DNA of 64,000 nt from the NCBI GenBank assembly GCA_965237805.1, contig OZ250153.1, positions 1,632,001 to 1,696,000 on the forward strand. Direction: 5' to 3'. How positions within the stretch are numbered: position 1 is the first letter of the stretch; each line of letters begins with the position of its first letter. Position numbers and translations under genes: made by a program. Under the pieces are notes generated by a model, which saw only the letters and a list, made by a program, of their open reading frames with translations, was not told the origin of the DNA and searched no databases. Positions 54,195 through 63,498 of the stretch are shown here, piece after piece. Source of the stretch: Gammaproteobacteria bacterium (GTDB lineage Bacteria > Pseudomonadota > Gammaproteobacteria > JABABF01).

Positions 54195-55226
54195 ATGACA
54201 GTGAAATTAGGTGTGCAGCTCGGCTATTGGCAACGTCATCCCTATGCCCACACCGTGGAGTTGGTGCAAGAGGCCGAACGCCTCGGCTACGATTCTGTGT
54301 GGACTGGCGAGGCCTACGGTTCGGATGCGCTGTCGCCGCTGATCTGGGTCGGCGCTCACACCGAAAAGATTCGCTTGGGCACCTCGGTGGTGCAGCTGTC
54401 GGCGCGCACTCCAACCTGCGCGGCGATGACGGCGATGACCATCGATCACCTCAGCGGCGGGCGCTTCATCATGGGGATCGGCGTCTCCGGTCCGCAAATC
54501 GTCGAGGGTTGGTACGGCCAGTCTTTTCGGCGGCCGTTGGAGCGCACGCGGGAATGGGTTGACATTTTCCGGCAAGTCGTCGCCCGCGAAGAACCAGTGC
54601 AGCTGCAGGGAAATAGTTTTAGACTGCCCTACGATGGTGAGGGATCGATGGGGTTGGGCAAGCCGCTCAAAAGTATCACCCATCCGCTGCGCAAAAAAAT
54701 TCCTGTGTTCATCGGTGCCGAGGGGCCGAAAAATGTCGCCCAGACGATTGCGATCGCCGATGGTTGGTTTCCACTTTATATGTCGCCTTATAACTGGAAT
54801 ATCTATGGCGATTTGCTGGAAAATCTGCCACCGGATTTCGAGGTGGTGATGCCTGCCATCTCGATCAATATCGGCGATGATATACCGCAGGCTTTGATGA
54901 TGACAAAACAGACCTTGGCGCTGTATATCGGTGGCATGGGTGCCCGCAATATGAACTTTCATAAAGAGCTGGTCACGCGCATGGGCTACGGCGATGCGGC
55001 ACAAGAAATCCAAGACCTCTATCTGGACGGGCGCAAGGAAGAGGCGGTGGCAGCTGTGCCCGACCAGCTGGCCGATGAGATCTCTCTGAGCGGGCCGCGC
55101 GAGCGCATCGCTGAGCGCTTGGTCGATTGGGAAAAAACACCGTTGACCACACTGGCCATCGGGCGCACGGATGATTACGAGCGCGATGTCGAGAATCTGC
55201 GCTTTTTCGCGGAGCAAATGTTGTAG
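54195..55226 (+). CDS. LLM-class F420-dependent oxidoreductase (Rv3520c-like)
   Basis: WTGEAYGSDA, GVSGPQIVEGWYG, GAEGPKNV and LYIGGMGA..NFH. Confidence 0.8.
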   Translation: MTVKLGVQLGYWQRHPYAHTVELVQEAERLGYDSVWTGEAYGSDALSPLIWVGAHTEKIRLGTSVVQLSARTPTCAAMTAMTIDHLSGGRFIMGIGVSGPQIVEGWYGQSFRRPLERTREWVDIFRQVVAREEPVQLQGNSFRLPYDGEGSMGLGKPLKSITHPLRKKIPVFIGAEGPKNVAQTIAIADGWFPLYMSPYNWNIYGDLLENLPPDFEVVMPAISINIGDDIPQALMMTKQTLALYIGGMGARNMNFHKELVTRMGYGDAAQEIQDLYLDGRKEEAVAAVPDQLADEISLSGPRERIAERLVDWEKTPLTTLAIGRTDDYERDVENLRFFAEQML

Positions 55227-55350
55227 CCGAGTCGTTTCGAACTGCTGTTGATATGTGTGCTATCCACGCTCCGCTCCCTGTGCGCAGATTGTTGCGAAGG
55301 GCTATAATTGCACAGTCGTTTTGGGTGCCTTGCTACCGTGGAGCGCCACA

Positions 55351-57204
55351 GTGAAAGCCACCGACATTGCTGATCCGGAATATTTCCACCGAGTGGTGGA
55401 TTGCCAGTACGCCTGCCCGTCGCACACTCCCGTGCCGGAGTACATTCGTCTGATCGCTGCTGGTCGCCATGCCGATGCCTACATGGTGAACTGGCAATCC
55501 AATGTTTTCCCCGGCATTCTCGGTCGCACCTGCGATCGGCCATGCGAGCCAGCGTGCCGTCGCGGGCGCTTGGGTGACGGTCAGGAAGCGGTGGCGATTT
55601 GCCGCCTCAAGCGCGTCGCTTCAGATAACAAAGGAGATATCAGCCATCGCCTGCCACGGACGCAGACGGCGGCGGAAAAAAATGGTCGCCGCATCGCGCT
55701 GATCGGTGCCGGTCCCACCTCGTTGACGGTGGCGCGCGATCTGATTCCGCTCGGTTACGAGATCCACATTTACGATGACCAAAAAGCGGGCGGCGGCATG
55801 ATGCGTAGCCAGATTCCCGCCTTTAGATTGCCGCAGGAAGTGTTGATCGAGGAAGTGGACTATATTCTCGACATGGGGGTAGTGCAACACTTCAATCAGC
55901 GTGTTGACAGTATGAAAGCGATTCTCGATCGCCGCCCCGCCTATGATGCCGTGCTCATCGGTACCGGCGCACCGTGCGGACGCGATCTGAAAATTCCGGG
56001 GCGCGAAGAGGCCGATGCCGACATCCACATCGGCATCAATTGGCTCGCCTCAGTGGCTTTCGGCCACACCGATACTATCGGTCGCCGTGTGATCGTGCTC
56101 GGCGGCGGCAATACGGCGATGGACTGTTGCCGCACCTCGATCCGCCTCGGCGGCACTGATGTCAAAGTGATTGTGCGCAGCCCCTTTGAGGAGATGAAAG
56201 CATCGCCGTGGGAAAAAGAGGATGCGATACGCGAAGGCATTCCGATTCTCAACAACCATGTGCCCAAGGAATTCCTGGTCGAGGACGGCCACCTCAGCGG
56301 TGTGCGCTTCGAGAAGGTCGAGGCCCACTACGACGACAAGGGCAAGCGCAGCTTGATCCCGACCGGCGAGCCCTTGGTGGATGTTCCCTGCGACAAAGTG
56401 TTGATCGCTATCGGCCAAGACAACGCCTTCCCGTGGATCGAGCGTGACATCGGTATCGAATTTGGCGATTGGGATATACCGGTCATCAACAAGACGACTT
56501 TCGGCACCACCCACGAGCGCATCTTTATCGGCGGCGATGCCGCACTGGGGCCGGAGAACATCATCACCGCCGTCGCCCATGGGCATCAGGCCGCGATTTC
56601 CATTCACCACTTGTGCCAAGGCAAAAGTGTTGACGAGCGCTTGGCACCTGGGGTCACGCTGTTCAGCCAGCGCATGGGTATCCACGAGTGGAGTTACGAC
56701 AGCGCGGTCGAGAATGATCAGCGCTACATCGTGCCACACGAAGTGACCGAGCACGCGCTCAGCAACCCCAAACTCGAGGTCGAGCTGGGCTTTGATGCCA
56801 ACGACGGCTACGCTGAGGCGCAGCGTTGCCTGAACTGCGATGCACAGACAGTGTTTGCGCCGTCGCTATGCATTGAATGCGATGCCTGCGTCGACATCTG
56901 CCCCACCGATTGCATCACCTTTACCACGATTGGCGATGACGAGGACGAGCAGCAGTTGCGCGCTTCGAGTCGATTGACCGCCCCGGCTAAAAACGATGAT
57001 CAACCGCTGTATTTGGCCGATCAAATCGCCACTGACAGTGGCCGCTTTATGGTCAAAGACGAAAACATTTGTCTGCATTGCGGGCTGTGCGCCGAGCGCT
57101 GCCCGACGGCTGCTTGGGATATGCAACGCTTCCTCTACAGTGTCACTCAAGCGGGTGAGAGCACGATGGAAAGCGCTCAAGCACTGGCGGCGGATGCCGC
57201 CTGA
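55351..57204 (+). CDS. GltD-like FAD/NAD(P) oxidoreductase with ferredoxin domain (KorC-like)
   Basis: VDCQYACP, GRTCDRPCEPAC, IGAGP, GGGNTAMD, CIECDACVDICP and CLHCGLCAERCP. Confidence 0.85.
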   Translation: MKATDIADPEYFHRVVDCQYACPSHTPVPEYIRLIAAGRHADAYMVNWQSNVFPGILGRTCDRPCEPACRRGRLGDGQEAVAICRLKRVASDNKGDISHRLPRTQTAAEKNGRRIALIGAGPTSLTVARDLIPLGYEIHIYDDQKAGGGMMRSQIPAFRLPQEVLIEEVDYILDMGVVQHFNQRVDSMKAILDRRPAYDAVLIGTGAPCGRDLKIPGREEADADIHIGINWLASVAFGHTDTIGRRVIVLGGGNTAMDCCRTSIRLGGTDVKVIVRSPFEEMKASPWEKEDAIREGIPILNNHVPKEFLVEDGHLSGVRFEKVEAHYDDKGKRSLIPTGEPLVDVPCDKVLIAIGQDNAFPWIERDIGIEFGDWDIPVINKTTFGTTHERIFIGGDAALGPENIITAVAHGHQAAISIHHLCQGKSVDERLAPGVTLFSQRMGIHEWSYDSAVENDQRYIVPHEVTEHALSNPKLEVELGFDANDGYAEAQRCLNCDAQTVFAPSLCIECDACVDICPTDCITFTTIGDDEDEQQLRASSRLTAPAKNDDQPLYLADQIATDSGRFMVKDENICLHCGLCAERCPTAAWDMQRFLYSVTQAGESTMESAQALAADAA

Positions 57205-57229
57205 TCGCGTCGCGGAGCAAGGGAGTTTA

Positions 57230-59185
57230 GTGGTGACGCAAGCGGCAGCTGTGCCGATCGCTGCAGTCAACGACTTCGTTATCAAATTCGCGACGGTCAA
57301 CGGTAGCGGATCGTCGCGCACAAACAGCTTATTCGCCTCGGCGTTATTTCGCATGGGGCTCAGCGTCGCGCCCAAGAATATATTCCCATCTAATATCCAA
57401 GGCCTGCCGACTTGGTTTGAGGTGCGCGTCAGCGATCGCGGTTTTATCGGACGGCGCGGCGGGGTGGATTTGGCGGTGGCGCTCAATCCGCAGAGCGCGG
57501 CCAAGGATTTGGCCGAGCTGTCGTCCGGCGGATATTTTCTCTACGATTCGACGCGGCCGCTGGATCCCGCATTGCATCGTGACGACATCAATTATCTGCC
57601 GGTGCCGTTGACGCGTCTCTGCGCCAAAGAGTTCTTGCAGGCGCGCCAGCGGGAGCTGTTGCGCAATATGTGCTATGTCGGGGTGCTCGCCGAGCTGTTG
57701 GGCATCGAGACGACCGTGTTGCACCAATTGCTCGAGGAGCAGTTCGGACACAAGCCCAAACTGGTGGCATTGAACAAGCGCGCACTGGAACTCAGCCGCG
57801 ACTACGCCCGCGAGCATCAGCTGTCTATTGGTCTGCGTGTCGAGCGCCGCGAGCGAGATTTGCCCGATGCCATTTTGCTCAATGGCAACGCCGCCTTAGC
57901 GTTGGGAGCTATCTACGCCGGAGCGACGGTGGCGGCTTGGTATCCGATCACGCCATCCACTTCGGTGGTGGAGGCTTTTGAGCGCTATGCCAAACGTTTT
58001 CGCCACACAGAGGACGGTGCTGCCAACTATGCCGTGGTGCAAGCCGAGGACGAGTTGGCTGCCATCGGCATGGTCATTGGTGCTGGCTGGAACGGTGCTC
58101 GCGCTTTTACCGCCACCAGTGGCCCCGGCATTTCGCTGATGGCGGAATTTTTGGGCTTGGCCTATTTCGCCGAGCTGCCAGTGGTGCTCTACGATGTGCA
58201 GCGTGTTGGTCCTTCTACCGGGCTGCCGACCCGCACCCAGCAATCCGATGTGCTGGCAGCTGCCTACGCCTCCCACGGCGACACCCGCCATGTGCTGCTA
58301 TTCCCCGCCAGTGTCGCGGAGTGTTTTGAGTTGAGTGCGCAGGCCTTCGATTTGGCAGAGCAGCTGCAGACGCCGATTATCGTCATGACCGATTTGGACA
58401 CTGGCATGAACGATCATATTTCGCCACCGTTGCGCTGGACTGAGGGGCGGCGCTACGATCGCGGGCGGGTACTGGATGCCGAGGACTTGGATCGGCGCAC
58501 GCAGCGCTATGGACGCTACTTAGACGAGGAGGGTGATGGCATCTGCGCGCGCACCTTGCCCGGCACCCATGCCGATAAAGGTGCTTTTTTCACCCGCGGT
58601 ACCGCGCGCGATCCCTATGCGATCTACAGCGAGGAGGGCGGGCACTACGAGGCCAATATGCAACGTCTGCTACGGAAATGGCGCACGGCGGCTGGCTTGG
58701 TTCCAGAGCCAGTGCTCGAACACGGCGACGGTAGCGCCGAGTTGGGGGTGCTCTGTTACGGTAGTAGTGCGGATGCGATGCTGGAGGCGGCGCAACGCCT
58801 CGGCGCAGAGCGCGGCTTGGCGATGGATGTGTTGCGCGTGCGAGCCTTTCCGTTCAGCGATTCGGTGCGGGAGTTTTGCGCAGCTCACCGGCAGCTATTC
58901 ATTGTCGAACAGAATCGTGATGCGCAGTTGCGCACCTTGCTGATACAGGAATGCGGCAGTGCTCTGATCGGCTTGCAGGCGTTGTGCCACTACGATGGCA
59001 CGCCGATCACCGCCGATTTCATCGTCGCGGGCATCAGCGCTGGCATTGAGCAGTTGGCTGATGGTGCCGCGATTGAGCATATCGGTGCTGGATCGCAAGC
59101 CAAATCGAAACCCGCCACGCAACGTGCTGGCAAGGGGGGCAAAAAGAGCCGTGCGAGGCGAGTCCGCCCGGCGGCGGTATCATGA
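57230..59185 (+). CDS. korA: 2-oxoacid:acceptor oxidoreductase alpha subunit (start approximate)
   Basis: NIFPSNIQG, WYPITPS, QAEDE, ATSGPG and QRVGPSTGLPT. Confidence 0.85.
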   Translation: MVTQAAAVPIAAVNDFVIKFATVNGSGSSRTNSLFASALFRMGLSVAPKNIFPSNIQGLPTWFEVRVSDRGFIGRRGGVDLAVALNPQSAAKDLAELSSGGYFLYDSTRPLDPALHRDDINYLPVPLTRLCAKEFLQARQRELLRNMCYVGVLAELLGIETTVLHQLLEEQFGHKPKLVALNKRALELSRDYAREHQLSIGLRVERRERDLPDAILLNGNAALALGAIYAGATVAAWYPITPSTSVVEAFERYAKRFRHTEDGAANYAVVQAEDELAAIGMVIGAGWNGARAFTATSGPGISLMAEFLGLAYFAELPVVLYDVQRVGPSTGLPTRTQQSDVLAAAYASHGDTRHVLLFPASVAECFELSAQAFDLAEQLQTPIIVMTDLDTGMNDHISPPLRWTEGRRYDRGRVLDAEDLDRRTQRYGRYLDEEGDGICARTLPGTHADKGAFFTRGTARDPYAIYSEEGGHYEANMQRLLRKWRTAAGLVPEPVLEHGDGSAELGVLCYGSSADAMLEAAQRLGAERGLAMDVLRVRAFPFSDSVREFCAAHRQLFIVEQNRDAQLRTLLIQECGSALIGLQALCHYDGTPITADFIVAGISAGIEQLADGAAIEHIGAGSQAKSKPATQRAGKGGKKSRARRVRPAAVS

Positions 59186-60234
59186 CTTATATCGCGCCGG
59201 GCTTCCGCCATCCCGACCAGGCGCTCAATGAGATCGGGCTGAGTCGCCGCGATTACGAGGGGGCTCTGTCGACGCTGTGTGCCGGTTGTGGTCACGATTC
59301 GGTGAGCGCGGCGATCGTGCAGGCCAGTTTCGAGTTGTCATTGCCACCGCACCGTTTCGCCAAGATATCTGGCATCGGTTGTTCCTCCAAAACACCGACC
59401 TATTTCTTGGGTCGCTCGCACGGTTTCAACGCCGTGCATGGGCGCATGCCGTCCATCGCCAGCGGCGCACATTTGGCCAATGGCGAATTGCACTATGTGG
59501 CCATATCCGGCGATGGCGACACCGCTTCCATCGGCATCGGCCAATTCGTACATGTGATCCGCCGCAATGTGAATATGCTTTATCTATTGGAGAACAACGG
59601 CTGCTACGGATTGACCAAGGGTCAAGATTCAGCCACTACCGACATCGGCTCCAAAGCCAAGGCAGGGCACGAGGGTTTTCTGCCGCCGGTGGATCTGTGC
59701 GCGATGGCTCTGCAGCTCGGTGCTGGCTTTGTAGCGCGCAGTTTTTCTGGCGACAAGCAGCAGTTGGTGCCGCTGATCAAAGCGGCGATCAAGTATCGTG
59801 GCTTTGCCTTCATCGATGTGATTTCTCCTTGTGTGACTTTCAACAACAACGACGAGTCGACCAAGAGCTACAGCCATGCGCGCCGCGCCATCCACGCAAC
59901 CAATACGATCGACTATGTGCCTGAGCGCACTGAGATCAGTACTGAATACGCCCCGGGAGAGCGCGTGGCGGTTCCCCTGCACGATGGCGGCGAGATCGTG
60001 TTGCGCAAGGCGGAATCCGATTTTCAGCCCCGCGATGGGATGGCTGCGCTGAACGCGATGCACAAGGCCGCCACCAGCGGCGAGATATTGACCGGCTTGC
60101 TCTACTTAGATCCAGACAAGCCAGACCTGCATACGATGCTCAAGACCTCTACCCGCCATTTGGCCGCGCTGGGAGAAGATGTGCTATGTCCGGGCGTAGC
60201 GGCGCTGGAGCAGATCAACGAAGAGTGCCGCTGA
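59182..60234 (+). CDS. korB: 2-oxoacid:ferredoxin oxidoreductase beta subunit
   Basis: CAGCG, SGIGCS, the TPP motif GDGD..N and SPCVTFN. Confidence 0.88.
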   Translation: MTYIAPGFRHPDQALNEIGLSRRDYEGALSTLCAGCGHDSVSAAIVQASFELSLPPHRFAKISGIGCSSKTPTYFLGRSHGFNAVHGRMPSIASGAHLANGELHYVAISGDGDTASIGIGQFVHVIRRNVNMLYLLENNGCYGLTKGQDSATTDIGSKAKAGHEGFLPPVDLCAMALQLGAGFVARSFSGDKQQLVPLIKAAIKYRGFAFIDVISPCVTFNNNDESTKSYSHARRAIHATNTIDYVPERTEISTEYAPGERVAVPLHDGGEIVLRKAESDFQPRDGMAALNAMHKAATSGEILTGLLYLDPDKPDLHTMLKTSTRHLAALGEDVLCPGVAALEQINEECR

Positions 60235-60245
60235 CGCTGTACTGA

Positions 60246-61724
60246 CTAGTTTTTAGGCGGTAGGGGGTGCGGTGCGCTACGGCGCCCATGTTGATGTGCT
60301 GGATATGCACTCAACTGTTGTTCGAGCTGCTGCGCGCTTGTTGCGTTCCCTTGAGCATGGTACAGCGTGGCGAGGTGTTCCATGACAATGGGGAGACTCT
60401 CACTCTGGGGATAATTGCTTTGCAAAGTGCTCAGCGAGCGCTCCAAGAGCGGTTGGGCCTTGCTGTATAAACCTTGGAATAGGTAGACGATAGCGAGGCT
60501 GCTGGCACTTGTCGCGGTGTCCAAATGTTCTGCCCCCAAGGCCTGCTCGTTGATTGCCAGCGCACGTTTTGCGAGCGACTCGGATTTGCCATACTTGCCT
60601 TGGTTTTGGTACAGCGAGGCTAGGTTGTTCAGCGTGCGCGCAGTGTTTGGGTGGTCCTCTCCAAAGATTGACCTACTGATTGCCAAATTGCGTCGGTAGA
60701 GCGACTCAGCTTTGGCGTAATTGCCACGGTTGTGATAGATGATGGCAAGGACGTTGATGGTGGCTGCGGTCTGTGGGTGGTCCAGACCCAGCGCCGCCTC
60801 TTCGATCTTGAGGGCACGATTAATCAGTGTCTCAACTTTTTGAAATTGCCCTTGGTGCTCATAAATCTTGGCAAGATGGTTGAGTGCGGTCGCTGCGTTT
60901 GGCGTTTCTTTATCGATCAATTGCGCTTCAATCGACCGCAGCTGTTCGCTGAAATCCTGCAGCTTAGCACCGAGCTGTAGAGCACTCTCGATTGCGTTGA
61001 GCTGATTGAGGGTGCTGGCAATTTTTGAAGTGCCCTCGGGAGCGCCATCTGTCAGCGCCAAGGCGCGTTTGAAGAGCTGATCTGCCTTGCTGTATTCGCC
61101 TTGGTATCGCTTGGTCTTAGCGAGCTGATTGAGTGCTGACACAGTGTCTGGATGTTTGTCACCCAGCACTTTTTTATTAATGGCCAGAGCGCGTTTGAAC
61201 TGTACTTCGGCACGATCGTATTCTGCGTTGGCTTGATGTAATATGCCGATGGATCTGAGGGTGCGCGCGGTGTAGCGGTGCTCATGACCTAATTCTTGCT
61301 CGGCAATTGCCAAAGCGCGAACTAACAGCGGCTCGGCTTGTTGGGGTTTTCCTTGGGCGATGTAGAGTATGGCAAGGTTGTTGAGGGTGGCCGCGGTGTT
61401 GTGATTGTCTGAGCCGTGGATTTTTTGGCTGATTTCCAAAGCGCGGTTGAACAGCGGTTCAGCTTGTCTGTGGTTTCCTTGGCGCAGATACAGATCAGCC
61501 AAGTTGTTGAGTGCGGCTGCGGTGGCGATATGCTCAGGACCCAGGATGAATTCTCTGATGTATAACGCACTTTTGACTGTCTTTTCGGCTTCGGCAAAAT
61601 CGCCGCGTTGCAGTGCGGCTTGGGCGTGGCGGTCAGCGATGCCGCCGCTCAGCCATATGACCGTTGCACCCAACACCATACAGATGAGCAGTACGACGAT
61701 ACTAGTATTCTTTTTGAGGGTCAT
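60246..61724 (-). CDS. Membrane-anchored or secreted TPR protein (kinesin-light-chain-type repeats)
   Basis: N-terminal hydrophobic helix; repeated HP.TA..LNNLA.LY..QG...AE.L..RAL.I units. Confidence 0.85.
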   Translation of the reverse strand: MTLKKNTSIVVLLICMVLGATVIWLSGGIADRHAQAALQRGDFAEAEKTVKSALYIREFILGPEHIATAAALNNLADLYLRQGNHRQAEPLFNRALEISQKIHGSDNHNTAATLNNLAILYIAQGKPQQAEPLLVRALAIAEQELGHEHRYTARTLRSIGILHQANAEYDRAEVQFKRALAINKKVLGDKHPDTVSALNQLAKTKRYQGEYSKADQLFKRALALTDGAPEGTSKIASTLNQLNAIESALQLGAKLQDFSEQLRSIEAQLIDKETPNAATALNHLAKIYEHQGQFQKVETLINRALKIEEAALGLDHPQTAATINVLAIIYHNRGNYAKAESLYRRNLAISRSIFGEDHPNTARTLNNLASLYQNQGKYGKSESLAKRALAINEQALGAEHLDTATSASSLAIVYLFQGLYSKAQPLLERSLSTLQSNYPQSESLPIVMEHLATLYHAQGNATSAQQLEQQLSAYPAHQHGRRSAPHPLPPKN

Positions 61725-61788
61725 CGCTTTGATCCTGATTTTTGAGCAATTGATATTAATACGCAATAAGCGTCCTGATCCCTTGCTT

Positions 61789-62652
61789 TTATTCCATCGG
61801 GAATTCGCTGGGCGCTTTGATGTGGGGTGGGTCATTTTCCATGATCCCGCGCATGCGGCGCTCGACTTGCGCGATACTCCCCTGCTTGTGTGTCAGGATG
61901 TAGAAGCGCTCCTCGCGCACAGCGTCGAAAACCAGCTCGGCCACTTGACTTGTCCCCATGGCGATGGCGTCCAAAATATCGCTGAAATCCTTGGCTTGAT
62001 CCAAGCTCTGTTGGCGTGCTGTCTCGTCGTATTCTTCGCTCAGTGCGCGGTTGCGCGCTGACAAGTGGAGTTTGGTGTTGACGAAGCTCGGGCACAGCAC
62101 CGAGATGCCGACCTTGGCATCCTCGTTGCGCAGCTCGGAGAACAGCCCCTCCGACAGCGATACCACCGCGTGTTTGCTGAGGTTATAGGGCGACATGTCT
62201 GGCACTGACATCAAGCCAGCGACAGAGCCGGTGTTGACGACATGCCCGCCCTCTTCCTGTGCCAGCATCCCCGGAAGGAAGTAGTGTAAACCATAGATTA
62301 CGCTCCACATATTGACATCGATCACCCAGCGCCATTCCGCCAGTGGGATCTCCCACAACTTGCCGCCACCGCCGACGCCAGCGTTGTTGCACAGCAGGTG
62401 CACTGCCCCGAAACGCTCCCGCACGCTGCGTTCCAAGTCGCGCACCGCATCGGGGTCGCCGACATCGCATGGCAAGGCCAACAGTTCGGCACCATCTTTT
62501 GCCAAACGCTCGGCTTCGCTTTGCAAGCGCGCGGCCTCGATATCGGCCATCACCACCCGCATCCCTTCGGCGACCGCACGCTCGGCCAGCGCCAAGCCGA
62601 TACCGCTGGCGGCTCCAGTGATCACAGCGACTTTATTCGTGAAAGTTTTAAT
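61789..62652 (-). CDS. SDR oxidoreductase, apparent ATT start
   Basis: TGAASGIG, NNAG and YNLSK; in-frame ATT-KTFTNKVAVITG 7 nt after GGGGGAG. Confidence 0.85.
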   Translation of the reverse strand: MKTFTNKVAVITGAASGIGLALAERAVAEGMRVVMADIEAARLQSEAERLAKDGAELLALPCDVGDPDAVRDLERSVRERFGAVHLLCNNAGVGGGGKLWEIPLAEWRWVIDVNMWSVIYGLHYFLPGMLAQEEGGHVVNTGSVAGLMSVPDMSPYNLSKHAVVSLSEGLFSELRNEDAKVGISVLCPSFVNTKLHLSARNRALSEEYDETARQQSLDQAKDFSDILDAIAMGTSQVAELVFDAVREERFYILTHKQGSIAQVERRMRGIMENDPPHIKAPSEFPME

Positions 62653-62683
62653 CGCTGCACTCCCCCGATTTAAGTTGGCTGAT

Positions 62684-62878
62684 TTAGCCGCCTTGTTGGT
62701 CGCTTGCGCTTTGCAAAAGATGTCTTCCCAATACGAGACAGATAACGACAGTCACCAAATCGGCCACATGCCACCCCAGAGTCGGCACGAAGCCAAACAT
62801 GCCCGCCGAAAACAGTAGCAGGATCACAATACCCCAGCCAATACTGAGTTTTCCGAGCTGATTGCTGTTGAGATTCAT
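62684..62878 (-). CDS. Small two-TM hypothetical protein
   Basis: 64-aa ORF with a GGAG RBS and two hydrophobic segments. Confidence 0.5.
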   Translation of the reverse strand: MNLNSNQLGKLSIGWGIVILLLFSAGMFGFVPTLGWHVADLVTVVICLVLGRHLLQSASDQQGG

Positions 62879-62954
62879 GATGGTCTCCGCTGGGATCGCA
62901 ATATTGCACACTGCAGTTGCAGTGCGTTATCAGTATATCACGCGATCCGCCCGC

Positions 62955-63032
62955 TTATTGCCATTCCAGCGGGAATGCACTCGGCTCAGTGATGTGTGGT
63001 GGGTCGTTTTCCACTGATGCCGCGCATGCGGC
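62955..63032 (-). repeat. Degenerate copy of the SDR 3' end
   Basis: ENDPPHITEPSAFPLE versus ENDPPHIKAPSEFPME (61789-61860). Confidence 0.8.
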
Positions 63033-63054
63033 CAGTACCCCAAGGAGGTGATAC

Positions 63055-63465
63055 AGCACTAAGGTTTTGCCTTCATCGATGTTATTTCTCCCTGCGTGAC
63101 CTTCAACAACAACGAGTAATCGACCAAGAGTGACAGCCATGCCCCGTCGCTCAATCCACACCGCCAATGCGGTGGACTATGTACACGAGCGCGCCGAGCT
63201 CAGCGCCGACTACGCGCCGGACGAGAGCGTGGCGGTAGCGCTACACAACGGTGGCGAGATCGTCTTGCCTAAGGTGGCAATAGCATTCCAGCCCGGCGAC
63301 GAGATGGCAGCACTAACAGCAATGCACCGCGCTACTGCCGCCAGCGAAATCCTGACGAGGCTACTTTAGCTAGAGACCTCAACCCGCCATCTGGCCGCAC
63401 TGGGTGAGGAAGAACTGTGCCTAGCGGTGGAACTGCTGGAGCAGATTAGCGAGGAGTGCCGCTGA
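63055..63465 (+). pseudogene. Degenerate copy of the korB 3' end
   Basis: GFAFIDVISPCVTFNNNE*...DYVHERAELSADYAP..LHNGGEIVL...EECR* aligns to ~59795-60234, with stops and a deletion. Confidence 0.9.
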
Positions 63466-63498
63466 GAGGAGGGGGATGGCATCCTCGAATAGTGAGGA

